In this document: positions 1 to 11,782 of the stretch, piece by piece
Layout of the letters: each line of letters opens with the position of its first letter
How positions within the stretch are numbered: the first letter of the stretch is position 1
Source: Octopus sinensis
Lineage: Eukaryota
Length of the DNA stretch: 30,058 nt
Direction: 5' to 3'
Assembly: GCF_006345805.1 (NCBI RefSeq)
Contig: NW_021832667.1
Location: 1 to 30,058, forward strand
The notes under the pieces: generated by a model
What the model was told of the DNA's origin: nothing
Database searches by the model: none
The model's input: the letters and a program-made list of their open reading frames with translations, nothing else
Position numbers and translations under genes: made by a program

Positions 1-346
1 AAACCAAGGCTGCAATTTAAGGACTGTGTCAAGTCCTCATTAAAGGCCTGTGATATGCAGGAGACTGACTGGGAGAACAATGCCTGTCATCACCACAGAT
101 GGAGGAAGCAGGTTAAGGAGGGGTCGACATCTTTAAAAGGGTGCTGCTCGAAAGCGCACCGCTGGTGTAGTGAATGGGGAACGCTTGGTTTGGAATGTTT
201 GCAGTCGTGTATGCTTGTCAAGAGCAGGACTCATTGGTCACCAACGGAGCTATAAGTTCAAAATATAAGTTAGTACTAAGCGCACAATGTTCCTAAAAGT
301 CAGCAATAGTCTTCCTTGGTCACGAGTGGACGGCCACCATCATCAT
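1..346 (+). mobile_element. RTE-clade LINE, decayed 3' end
   Basis: Frame 1 from base 1 reads KPRLQFKDCVKSSLKACDMQETDWENNACHHHRWRKQVKEG, like the RTE ORF C-terminus. After a frameshift, 191-256 reads WNVCSRVCLSRAGLIGHQRSYK, a CxxC..H zinc-finger-like tail. Ends in a short (CAT)n run at about 338-346. Confidence 0.8.
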
Positions 347-420
347 ATATATGATATATGTATATAACTCATGCATATATATTTCTATATATGCATATAT
401 CAGTGAGTGTGTATATATAT

Positions 421-851
421 AGGCGCAGGAGTGGCTGTGTGGTAAGTAGCTTGCTAACCAACCACATGGTTCCGGGTTCAGTCCCACTGCATGGCATCTT
501 GGGCAAGTGTCTTCTGCTATAGCCCCGGGCCGACCAAAGCCTTGTGAGTGGATTTGGTAGACGGAAACTGAAAGAAGCCTGTCGTATATATGTATGTATA
601 TATGTATGTGTGTGTGTGTGTGTCTGTGTTTGTGTATCTGTGTTTGTTCCCCTAGCATTGCTTGACAACCGATGCTGGTGTGTTTACGTCCCCGTTACTT
701 AGCGGTTCGGCAAAAAGAGACCGATAGAATAAGTACTGGGCTTACAAAAAGAATAAGTCCCGGGGTCGAGTTGCTCGACTAAAGACGGTGCTCCAGCATG
801 GCCGCAGTCAAATGACTGAAACAAGTAAAAGAGTAAAAGAGAGTAAAAGAG
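421..851 (+). mobile_element. tRNA-derived SINE, full-length copy (dominant family of this window)
   Basis: A-box-like TGGCTGTGTGG, B-box-like GGTTCAGTCCC, internal (TA)/(TG) tract, conserved body and (GTAAAAGA)n tail. The same sequence recurs many times in the window. Confidence 0.9.
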
Positions 852-1344
852 TATATGTGTGTGTGTGTGAAAGAGGACAACAAACGCCGAGGCATAACAA
901 GTATCTCAAGTCATATACATCATTTTATATTATTCTTTAATTAGATGAGGCCTTACAGCTGTTTCTGGGATATCTCAAGTGATAGGCGAGTATACCTGAA
1001 TATGGAGGTATTCCCTAATCAGATACAGGTAGAGACAAGTCTAGACATGGAAATATTCAGATAGTAAGCAATGAAACAGAAGAGTAGAGAGCGAGGAAAT
1101 AAGGAAATTTTCTTAGTTTCTACTCTTTTATTTCATACTGCAAATGATCACAATATCTATGACTATAAAAATATGTATGTATATATGTGTGTGTGCGTGT
1201 ATGCGATTGTGTGTGTCTATCTTCGCATGTGTGTCTCTGGGTCTCTGTACGTATCTATATGCATCAATGTGTATGTGTGTATATGTATATATGTGTATAT
1301 GCGGATGTGTACTTAGATGTATGTGTTTGTGTATACATGTATAT

Positions 1345-1347
1345 CTA

Positions 1348-1432
<85 letters not shown>

Positions 1433-1463
1433 GTCTGTCTATCTATCTATCTATCTATCTATA

Positions 1464-1522
<59 letters not shown>

Positions 1523-1548
1523 GTATATATATATATATATATATATAA
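1345..1548. repeat. (TCTA)n then (TA)n microsatellite
   Basis: Directly visible tandem repeat. Confidence 0.95.
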
Positions 1549-1957
1549 TATGACTGAGAAAAGGGATGCTATATATGTATATGTATGTGTGTGTATGTGT
1601 GTGTATGCATGTATACATATATTTATGTGTATGTCTGAGTAGGTATATATATATATATACGTGTGTCTGTCTGTCCATCTGTCTGTCCGTCTGTACATAT
1701 ATGCAGAACATGAAACAACTTGTCTAAGTATTAATCTTCCTTTCTCCTTCTACTTACTTTTGCCTCAAACTAGTCATGTCAGCGAAAGCTGATTAGGACA
1801 TTTTATCTAAACTGGAACGCAAGATTTCCACGTTCTTATTTGAACTTTTTTTGCCTTTCTTTAATATTATTTGCTTTTATTCATTCTCTAACGTTATTGA
1901 CATATAACAGCAATCCAGCCGACACAAAAAAATCTTCAGTGAGACACCTTTATCAAT

Positions 1958-2002
1958 GTACCTGAAGAGACCCAGACCGACGGGTCGAAACATATGTTGT
2001 AC
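1958..2002 (+). ncRNA. Minimal type I hammerhead ribozyme motif (PLE terminal-repeat type)
   Basis: GTAC-CTGAAGA-GACCC-agaccgac-GGGTC-GAAA-CATATG-TT-GTAC. Stem I GTAC/GTAC, core CUGANGA, 5-bp stem II, GAAA, palindromic stem III ACATATGT, GUU triplet. AATAAA follows at 2005-2010. Confidence 0.8.
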
Positions 2003-2655
2003 TTAATAAAAGTCTAACACGAAATCCATCTCCCTTTTTTATTTGATACTATTACCCTAATTTCCACTGCGGAGTTTCTGAAGTAGATCCAACGGAAGTG
2101 TACCACAACTATGGATGACAACAGGTAGCCAAAACTGTATCGGTGCTCAGCTCAACATTTAAACACATTAATTGACTATTTGTCTAAATTATATTGAATT
2201 TACTGCTGAGTAATGAGAACCTGGTAAACAAGCATAATGAGAAAATTACAGGGTATAACCACCGCGCCAAATATGCATTTTCAAGATGGAAAAGTGTATA
2301 AAAATTATAATAATTATTATTCTATCTAACTACTAACTACATCCATCCTTTCCGTCTCAAGTATATATATATATACCATTTACAATTTAAATGTTACCAA
2401 GAAAAATATCTGGTTTGTAATCCCGTTTGGAAAACAAATTAAATCGAACCTTCCTTTGCAGTTCCGTGAAGCGGTTGCTAGGAACTTTCCAAAAAATTCT
2501 AGATATTATTCGATTATTAACTCTCACAAAGTGAGAGTCGCTTTCTTCAGCACAAAGAATCTTTCACAAATTATATCTTCTCACAATACCAATCTGCTAA
2601 ATAAAGGTTCTTTATCTGGGAGTTCCAACATTAATCTCGTTAATTCCAGCCCATC

Positions 2656-2975
<320 letters not shown>

Positions 2976-3679
2976 ATAAAAACTTGGTTTTGATCTCTGA
3001 GGACAACACCAACAGAATTAAATTTAAGTCTAATAATTCTAATCAAGAATTCTATATACCAGTTGCGGTACTGATGTCTACTTCTACATAAGCGCATCCT
3101 CTTCCCAGTTATTTAAGAGAATTTCAAATCATTATTCATCATTTAGGGATAGCAGAAAACGCTATAGTACAGGGCTAAGTAAATTGGTTTGGCATCTTTT
3201 AAGACAGCAATAAACATTTTAAGTTAGATTGGTTCATCCTGTCCGTATCTTTTCCTTGCGATAAGGGCAAGAGATTTTGTAACATTTGCAACTCTGAACT
3301 CTTCCATATTCTCTTCTCTAAGAATCACCTTGTTAACACACTTATAGAGTGATCGTACAAATGTAAACACTGGCAGAAACATACCTTTAACTCATATAAG
3401 TGATTTTTACCAGTCTTTATAGTTTGAACATTTAGTTTAACTTGCACTTTACTTCAATAGAGAAATCTACTTTTAAGCCTATGAACCTTTTTTCAACAAA
3501 CGTATCCCTCTTTATTAGTTCTCTACTTATTATTTCTTTAACCCTTCTCTTCCTAGTATCTGCCTTTGACGTCAAATCTACTAACGGTTTTTAAAAAAAT
3601 ACTTAATAACGTTCTGTTTATCATTTAGGCAGTCATCATAATTGTTATAATGTCTTGTTGAGAGAGGCTCTCTCTCTTT

Positions 3680-3760
3680 CTTTCCTGATGAGAAGATTGC
3701 ATTTTACACCGTTTATTCCTTTGGAATAAAACCATGTTGTCTTCGAAACATAGTCGAAAG
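3680..3760 (+). ncRNA. Type I hammerhead ribozyme motif at the 3' end of PLE 1
   Basis: CTTTC-CTGATGA-GAAGA-(43-nt loop)-TCTTC-GAAA-CATAG-TC-GAAAG. 5-bp stem I, canonical CUGAUGA, 5-bp stem II, GAAA, GUC triplet. Confidence 0.82.
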
Positions 3761-3794
3761 TAAAAGAATTTTAATAACATCTTCGCTCAACTCC

Positions 3795-3839
<45 letters not shown>

Positions 3840-4059
3840 TATACATATTTATATATATATATACATATGTATATATACATATATATATATTAGTATGTAT
3901 GTATATCTTATATATCTATATATCTATGTCTATATCTATATCTATCTATCTATAATACAATAAAATGGTGATTGTTTGAAATATAAATTTAAAATTATAA
4001 ATAAAATATATATATATATATATATAAAACACACACATATATATCTATGTTATACATAT

Positions 4060-4440
4060 GTTATTGCGCTGAATATTCCAAATTCGTATAGGTTTGAGGT
4101 CAATGGAGTCGATTGCAAAGATGATGTTAAGGAGGAATTAATAGAATTATAAATGACAATGATGCCACAATGCGATATCGCCGTAAACAGCAAAGAAGGT
4201 TTGTGGTACCATCAGAGTATACTGAACTCCTACCCCAATCTGTGGAAACACCTGAAATTACTTTTGCCTGCCTTCCCTACCTCATACCTGGTTGAATCTG
4301 GTTTTAACCATGCTGGAACTTTATTTTCCCACAAAAGAATTGGACTGGATATGATACAACGAAGAGACTTGCGGCTAAAGTCGACAAGTTTGGCACCGAA
4401 TGTATCTGCACCAGCTGCATTGCACCAGATACAAAAAGTT
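4060..4440 (+). pseudogene. hAT (Charlie/Buster, SCAND3/ZBED-like) transposase C-terminal fragment
   Basis: YPNLWKHLKLLLPAFPTSYLVESGFNHAGTLFSHKRIGLDMIQRRDLRLKSTSLAPNV resembles the hAT dimerisation-domain motif FPTSYLVE.GFS...RNRL...DLRL. Confidence 0.8.
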
Positions 4441-4897
4441 TTATTCTTTTCCATCATTAATTATTTTTGCATCGGTAGTTCTGATCAATGGTTTATTTGG
4501 GGAAAATGAAAATCAGCGTAAAAGAAAGCGCAAGTTTACCGAAGTTAATCTGTCCGCATAATATAGAGTTAACGTTAGAATTTTATTGACACTAAATAAA
4601 ATGGCAAAACTAAATCCACAATAAGGGATTTATAAATAACCGCATATTTAGTCCAAACGGCACTAACAGGGAAACGAGCCTATGTTATAGTGTGTGCATC
4701 AAATGATACAGGGTGGTCCTAGGGGATTTTGTGTTGGGTTTTTTTTACACAGGTGGACGATAGAGCATTTTTTTGGCTGATAGGCGGGAGATATTGCAAT
4801 TTGGCGCGAAAAGTTTGGGAAACACTGCATTCACACATACATACATACATACATACATACATACATACATACATACATACATTCATTCATACATACA

Positions 4898-4931
<34 letters not shown>

Positions 4932-5006
4932 CGTACATACATATACATACGTACATGCATACACATACACACACACACATACACTCACACATACACATAC
5001 ATATAT

Positions 5007-5170
5007 AGTGTGACTGTGTGGTAGGAATATTTTTACCCAGCTACATGGTTCCGGATTCAGTCCCATTATGTGGACTTTTGGGAAAGTGTATTTTACTATA
5101 GCCACGATCCGACCAAAGCCTTGTGAATGGATTTGGCAGACGAAAACTGAAAGACGCCCATCGTGTATGT
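5007..5170 (+). mobile_element. SINE 5' head fragment (diverged)
   Basis: Aligns by eye to the head of the 421-851 copy (CCGGATTCAGTCCC, CCGACCAAAGCCTTGTGAATGGATTTGG). Confidence 0.8.
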
Positions 5171-5699
5171 ATATAAAGGGCATTTTCTGTCTGTCTATCA
5201 CCATCTCACTGCGTAACCCAGCGAACCAATCTTCACAAAAGCGTACATATATGTTAAACTAGCTTCCATTTCGATAATAGGCGAATTGGATTGAGGGAAT
5301 GTACTAGCAGAAGTGAGTGTAATTGATATCAGGGAAGGGGAGTACAGTGCTCTGTAAGCGACAAATATGGAGTGGCAATGGGATGTTAACGTTAATACAG
5401 CTGTCATATACACGAGACACTGCATACATACTTACGGTCAAAATTTTTAAATTTTGTATATTGAAATAATCTTCCACATTAAATCCGATTTTGTCATTTT
5501 TTTGTTACAAAAAAATTGCAGAAAAATGTTATTGAGGTTTAAAGTTTAATCAATTTTCTCTAATCAGAAAATAGGATTTGGAAGCTGGCATTTTTGCATG
5601 ATAGTTGTCTATCACAAAATGAAAGCAAAATCATTAGGACACGGAATTTTAATTTAACAAACGAAAGCAAAGCATTACGACGATCTAAGTTGTAAGAAC

Positions 5700-8270
5700 T
5701 TCTGAAGTTTTAATAAGTTTTAATAAACAAAGTCATGTGATACGGTCGAACAAACATGTAAATAATTTAAAGGGGAAAGAAATCCTCAACGAAGTTTTTT
5801 GCGAAAAATTGCACAAATCTATCTTCTCTGGCCTATCTGTCAGGGAAGGCTACAAATCGTTAGAGATTTAGCTACAGATATAGAACCGAGCCAACCGTCC
5901 CTAGAAAACGCTGGGTTATGCTTAAGGACCATAAACCTAACTTTTTTATTGACCCCTCAGTTAGTTTGATTTGTCCTTTTAAATCCGATATAAGCATAAT
6001 TAGTAAAAACAATAATTTAATACCCGCCGCCCTTAAGTCTAAAATTAGGTTGGCCCTCTTATCAGATACCCATGAGGTTGTTGGATGGTTTATGCTTTTA
6101 GAAATTAGTAAGGATAGTAAATTCCTGCAACTAGATATAGAGAGCTACTATGTCACTATTAACCCGATCGTCCTTAATCAAGCCCTGATTTATAGCATGA
6201 GAAATTCCGATTTGTCCCGATGTGAATTAGCTATTATACTTGCCGCGCGAGCTACTTTAGTGGATTTTGATGGTAGATTGTTGAGAAGATTATAGATAGG
6301 GAGAATGCTTTTGATATATCAATGGGGTCATATGACTCTGCACAGGTCACAAACCTAGTCGGAGTATATATCCAGTTTTCTTTTCCGGAAGTAACAGGGG
6401 TTTATTGAGGGATGACGCCTTATTTTTTCCGGACAGTATTAAAAAAGTACAATTAGAAAGGCATAAGAAAGATTTCTTTCGATTTAAAAAAATTTAGGAC
6501 TAGGAGTGATGTGTGGTAAGTAGCTTGCTTTCCAACCACATGGTTCTGGGTTCAGTCCCACTGCGTGGCACCCACCTTGGGCAACTGTCTACTACTATAA
6601 CCTCGGGCCGACCAAAGCCTTGTGAGTGGATTTGGTAGACGGAAACTGAAAGAAGCCCGTCGTATATATGTATAGGTATAGAGAGATAGATGTATGTGTG
6701 TGTATATGTTTGTATTCTTGTGTTCGTCCACCCAACATCACTTGACAACCGATGCTGGTGTGTTTACGTCCCCGTAACTTAGCGGTTCGGCAAAAGAGAC
6801 CGATAGCATAAGTACTAGGCTTACAAAGAACAAGTCCTGGGGTCGATTTGCTCGACTAAAGGCGGTGCTCCATCATGGCCACTGTAAAATGACTGAAAAA
6901 TTAAAAGAGTAAACATTAGTATGGGAAAGTGTTATCGAAGAGTGTATTTTCTTGACGTTACCTTCCGTCTTGATACTGGATTACTTGAACCATTTCATAA
7001 GCCATGATTATCTTAAGTACATAAATGTAGAATCCAACCAACCTGATAATATAGGGATTAGTTGAGAATAGATTATCCGCTAATAATAAATTTTTCGAAT
7101 CACATGCAACTTTTTATAATGCTGTTCTAGGTAGGGTTAGGTACAGTGAAAAAATTCAATATATACAAGAAGAATCAGGCATACACAACACTAGTAATTC
7201 TCCAATTGTAATACACATTGTACACTATCGCGATGTCACGGTTTGAGAACTCACTCAGAATACAGGCCAGGAAGAATTGGCCAAGACAATGAACCACCAA
7301 CGAAAACTCATAGACACACGCAACATAATAACCCTACTGTTCGCAACACTGTTAATTGTTCCAATCCTGTACAACACACTCGATCAAATAAACCTAACAA
7401 CAGATATAGAAATCAGGATGTCCTCTGGTTCAACCCGATTTTCGGTTTGCGTGTTTCAAACAAGATCGCCGGAAAAATTTTTGCCGCTTTAGACAAATGT
7501 TTTCCTAAATCTAATCGATATCATGCTATTTATAATCGGAACACCGTGAAGGGATCCAACGTTAACTCTCCTAATTTAGAGCAGCTTATGCACCGCATAA
7601 ACAATAGTAAAATGCGACAAAAAGTTCAATAACCCACCTACTGGACCTAGCGAACATAGGCATCTAAATGACAACTAAGGAAAAGTAAACCGCAATGAAA
7701 AACACCAAATACGGCCAAATTGTAATAGTAGAAATGTTTATGATACAGCTAACACGATAACAAAGTTGGAAAATGGAGTCGGAACTGTCTTATATACAAA
7801 TGAATATGATAAATGTACATGCAGCGAAAACTCACAATGCCCATCGATGAACCTCTGTATGAATACAAATCTTGTATATATATGTACCGTGCACACATGG
7901 TGTGTGGTAGGGGGTATTTTTACACTGGGCAGACGGCTGATTCATTTAAGAATCGTTATCCTAAGCATGTCGCCAGCTTTAAGCGAATCAATAAGGGACA
8001 TTTTGTATGGCGATTGAAGGAGGATAAATTTAAGTACAGCATAACTTGGTTCATAGTAAGACACGCGAAACCATAAAATATCATTTCCAGGAGATGCCGT
8101 CTCTGCTCCAAGGAATCTCTGCCTATTAAGTGGATTAATGAGAAGATCGTTAATAGAATTACTGAAAGACTCTCAAGATACCTACACGCATATAAATGTA
8201 CTTTCGCACAATGCAGCGGGGAATGAATTTGAGTAACCGTTAACATAATTTACTTTAAAGTGTGGATGAA
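5700..8270 (+). mobile_element. Penelope-like element 2, decayed RT plus GIY-YIG, interrupted by a SINE
   Basis: LKDHKPNF...WF...FLQLDIESYY (5918-6295); FDISMGSYDSAQVTNLVGVYI (from 6310) and LRDD (6405-6416; PLE YRDD); FLDVTFRLDTG (~6947); WFNPIF...FPKSNRYHAIYNRNTVK (7243-7632); YTGQTADSFKNRY..H..SF...W.I...RCRLC (7920-8110). The start boundary is approximate. Confidence 0.88.
6502..6910 (+). mobile_element. SINE, near full-length, inserted in the PLE 2 RT region
   Basis: Same head, body and tail as 421-851. PLE RT motifs continue on both sides. Confidence 0.9.
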
Positions 8271-8496
8271 TTAAGTTTAGTTGTAACCTCCCCATTCTTA
8301 TAACCACCAAGTGGCTATTTAACTCGCTTTGTGATCGTGTAGGAATTAGACAGACAGAGTGATGGCTGCTTACTGGGAAACATCGGCTAGGAATTTAATC
8401 AACAGAAAAGGCCGATAGAAAGGCAAATAGTGTAGGAATTAAATAGAGTGATGGCCACGAACTGGGAACCATGCGCAAGGAATTTAATCGACATCA

Positions 8497-8567
8497 AAGT
8501 TACGGGAACGTAAACACACCAGCATCGGTTGTCAAGCGATGTTGGGGGGACAAACACAGACACACAA

Positions 8568-8586
<19 letters not shown>
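8497..8586 (-). mobile_element. SINE middle fragment
   Basis: AAGTTACGGGAACGTAAACACACCAGCATCGGTTGTCAAGC is the reverse complement of the SINE body. Confidence 0.8.
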
Positions 8587-8598
<12 letters not shown>

Positions 8599-8979
8599 CT
8601 AGCAGTATCGCCCGGCGTTGCTCGGGTTTGTAAGGGAAATAACTATAAAGCATTTTTAGAGAGTTATAGCCAAAAAATAGAAAAAAATGGAAAAAAAATT
8701 ATGGTAAATTTTTTTTGAGAGTTAAAAAGGTCGAGTTGCGTCCCCTAGACAGTCTGTGGTTTTTGTTTCTGATTCTCGACCCCATGTCGAATTTATCGAT
8801 TTTTTTCAGAACTGGGGGAACTTTCCAAAATTTTCGCTGCGTTAGTTTTGAATTATGACATTGGGCTATGTGTGTGTCAAGTTTCATCAGAATCGGTTGA
8901 AAGCCGTGGTCAGGGTGAGGGTACAACCTAACAGACACACAGACACGCACACAGACAAACTGCCGTTTATATAGAGAGA
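8599..8979 (-). mobile_element. Non-autonomous Helitron (381 bp)
   Basis: On the minus strand it starts A|TC (8980|8979-8978) and ends CTAG|T (8602-8599|8598). A GC-rich hairpin CCCG-AGCAACGC-CGGG (8626-8611) lies 8 nt before the CTAG. No TSD; sits in a (TA)n tract. Confidence 0.75.
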
Positions 8980-9083
8980 TATATATATACATATATATAT
9001 ATATGCTTACATTTTCGTGGATGCTTGTATGAGCGAGTGTCCTCGCGTCATGCAGCTTGCGCGAGGTCGTTTATACATCCATA

Positions 9084-9324
9084 TTTACTCTTACTCTTTT
9101 ACTCTTTTACTTGTTTCAGTCATTTGACTGCAGCCATGCTGGAGCACCGCCTTTTTTAGTCGAGCAAATCGACCCCGGGACTTACTCTTTGTAAGCCTAG
9201 TATTTATTCTATCGGTCTCATTTGCCGAACCGCTAAGTTACGGGGACGTAAACACACCAGAATCAATTGTCATGCGATGTTGGGGGGACAAACACAGATA
9301 CACAAACACACACACACACACACA

Positions 9325-9380
<56 letters not shown>

Positions 9381-9543
9381 CGACGGGCTTCTTTCAGTTT
9401 CCGTCTACCAAATCCACTCACAAGGCTTTGGTCGGCCCAAGGCTACAGTAGAAGACACTTGGCCAAGGTACCACGCAGTGGGACTGAACCCGGGACCATG
9501 TAGTTCGTAAGTAAACTACTTACCACACAGCCACTCCTACGCC
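9084..9543 (-). mobile_element. SINE, full-length
   Basis: Reverse complement of the 421-851 family, from the (CTTTTACT)n tail to the CACACAGCCACTCCTACGCC head. Confidence 0.9.
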
Positions 9544-9639
9544 TATATATATATAATCTCATATAAGTATACATAAACACTTGCATACAATATATACACA
9601 CACTCTCATATACATACACCATCAGTCGCTCTCCTCCGA

Positions 9640-9862
9640 CCATTTCATCATTTTGAACCGTTAAGACCTACACACATATTTCTCTCACTGTTCTTGTTTT
9701 TTTCGCTCTTTCTCCATTTTCTTCTCTCAAGCCTTTCTGTCGAAGAGTATAGGCTTGAAACACTAAAAAATTTCCATTCATCCTGAGCCTTAAACTAATA
9801 CCCTGTTTGTTGCTCCTTCACCTATCTTCGTCTTTTGTTTTCTGTAAATTTGAACTAATATA
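9640..9862 (+). repeat. Dispersed repeat carrying an HHR-like variant (probable PLE terminal-repeat derivative), copy 1
   Basis: Similar to 15505-15715 and to the reverse complement of 27257-27369 (CTGTYGAAGAG..TAGGCTYGAAAC...CCTGAGC...CTAATAC...CTTCGTCTTTTGT). The start boundary is approximate. Confidence 0.6.
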
Positions 9863-10061
9863 TATATATATATACTAAGCAATTAAGGGTTTAGCAACGA
9901 ATTGCCTTACCGCACACCGAATTTAGAAATAGCAGTCAAAGAGATTATATCTATTTCTTCTACTAAAAGGGAGATCACAGTAAAGACACAGCATTTGAAA
10001 GGCAAACACAACAGGTAAGAGAGAATGAATTAACGGCAATCTATCATACAGTTTTAAGTCA

Positions 10062-10149
10062 CTAGGACGTACGTTCGAGATCAAGTTTAGGAAAGCATAA
10101 GAATTAGATAATTTTACCTTACCCAGACTTCTTCTCTCATCAGCGCAGG
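10062..10149 (-). ncRNA. Hammerhead motif in the inverted array segment, degenerate
   Basis: Minus strand reads CCTGCG-CTGATGA-GAGA...TCTC-GAA-CGTACG-TC-CTAG, with small deletions relative to 11230-11320. Confidence 0.55.
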
Positions 10150-10648
10150 ATACAAACAATCATGAATGATTGAATATTGAATTTTGAGATACTAGAAGGC
10201 ACAACTCAACTCAGTATCAGAGCGAGCTAGAAGCCACAGCTAGTATCACCAAATTCAAAGTATGAATGAAAGCTTGTGTCACCAGTCCCTTACCCCGCGT
10301 GTAGCCAAGACAAATGCTGTGGTCATTTACTGGGATGAATATGGTTATGAGTTACTTAAATTTTCCTCGAATGAGGCTTTTACATGCCGGAGACTACTGG
10401 TGTAATTGATAATTATTCCAAATTATTAATTTCACCCTTCATTGTTATCAAAACCATATTCATCCCAGTAATGACCATAGCACTTTGTCTGGCTACACGC
10501 GGGTGGGAAGGGACTGGTGACACAAGCTTTCATTCATACTTTGAATTTGGTGATACTAGCTGTGGCTTCTAGCTCGCTCTGATACTGAGTTGAGTTGGCC
10601 TTCTAGTATCTCAAAATTCAATATTCAATCATTCATGATTGTTTGTAT

Positions 10649-10735
10649 CCTGCGCTGATGAGAGAAGAAGTCTGGGTAAGTAGAATTATCTAATTCTTAT
10701 GCTTTCTAAACTTGATCTCGAAGTACGTCCGTAGG
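10649..10735 (+). ncRNA. Hammerhead motif, array copy with a 2-nt deletion in GAAAC
   Basis: Same as 11230-11320 but reads TCTCGAAGTACGTC instead of TCTCGAAACGTACGTC. Confidence 0.6.
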
Positions 10736-11229
10736 TGACTTAAAACTGTATGATAGATTGCCGTTAATTCATTTCCTCTTACCTGTTTGTGTTTGCCTTT
10801 CAAATGCTGTGTCTTTACTGTGATCTCCCTTTTAGTAGAAGAAATAGATATAATCTCTTTGACTGCTATTTCTAAATTCGGTGTGCGGTAAGGTAATTCG
10901 TTGCTAACCCTTAATTGCTTAGTATTACTTAAATTTTCCTCGAATGAGGCTTTTACATGCCGAAGACTACTTGGTGTAATTGATAATATATTCCAAATTA
11001 ATTAATTTCACCCTTCATTGTTACTCATAACCATATTCATCCCAGTAAATGACCCAGCACTTTGTCTTGGCTACACGCGGTGGGAAGGACTGGTGACACA
11101 AGCTTTCATTCATACTTTGAATTTGGTGATACTATAGCTGTGGCTTCTAGCTCGCTCTGATACTGAGTTGAGTTGGGTGCCTTCTAGTATCTCAAAATTC
11201 AATATTCAATCATTCATGATTGTTTGTAT

Positions 11230-11320
11230 CCTGCGCTGATGAGAGAAGAAGTCTGGGTAAGGTAGATCATCTAATTCTTATGCTTTCTTAAGACTTGATC
11301 TCGAAACGTACGTCCGTAGG
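11230..11320 (+). ncRNA. Type I hammerhead ribozyme motif, intact copy in the array
   Basis: CCTGCG-CTGATGA-GAGA-(long loop)-TCTC-GAAA-CGTACG-TC-CGTAGG. 6-bp stem I with one G-U, canonical core, palindromic stem III ACGTACGT, GUC triplet. Confidence 0.85.
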
Positions 11321-11606
11321 TGACTTAAAACTGTATGATAGATTGCCGTTAATTCATTCTCTCTTACCTGTTTGTGTTTGCCTTTCAAATGCTGTGTCTT
11401 TACTGTGATCTCCCTTTTAGTAGAAGAAATAGATATAATCTCTTTGACTGCTATTTCTAAATTCGGTGTGCGGTAAGGCAATTCGTTGCTAAACCCTTAA
11501 TTGCTTAGCTTACTTAAATTTTCCTCGAATGAGGCTTTTACATGCCGAAGACTACTTGGTGTAATTGATAATTATTCCAATTAATTAATTTCACCCTTCA
11601 TTGTTA

Positions 11607-11710
<104 letters not shown>

Positions 11711-11782
11711 AAATTAGGGATAAATCCAAATTTACAGGGAAAAAAATCAGATTTAGGATTAAATCCAATTTTAGTCAAATAT

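Noticed and set aside
4705-4830. TACAGGGTGGTC...GTTTGGGAAACACTGC resembling DNA transposon ends
   Set aside because: The two ends do not form a matching TIR pair and no TSD was found.
8497-9543. Standalone tRNA genes suggested by A-box and B-box motifs here and in other SINE heads
   Set aside because: The motifs are the heads of repeated SINEs and no cloverleaf could be built.
10939-10972. Possible second hammerhead in segment P of the array (CTCGAATGA-GGC-ttttacat-GCC-GAAG)
   Set aside because: The core deviates on both sides, the first copy reads GGAG, and no stem I is apparent.
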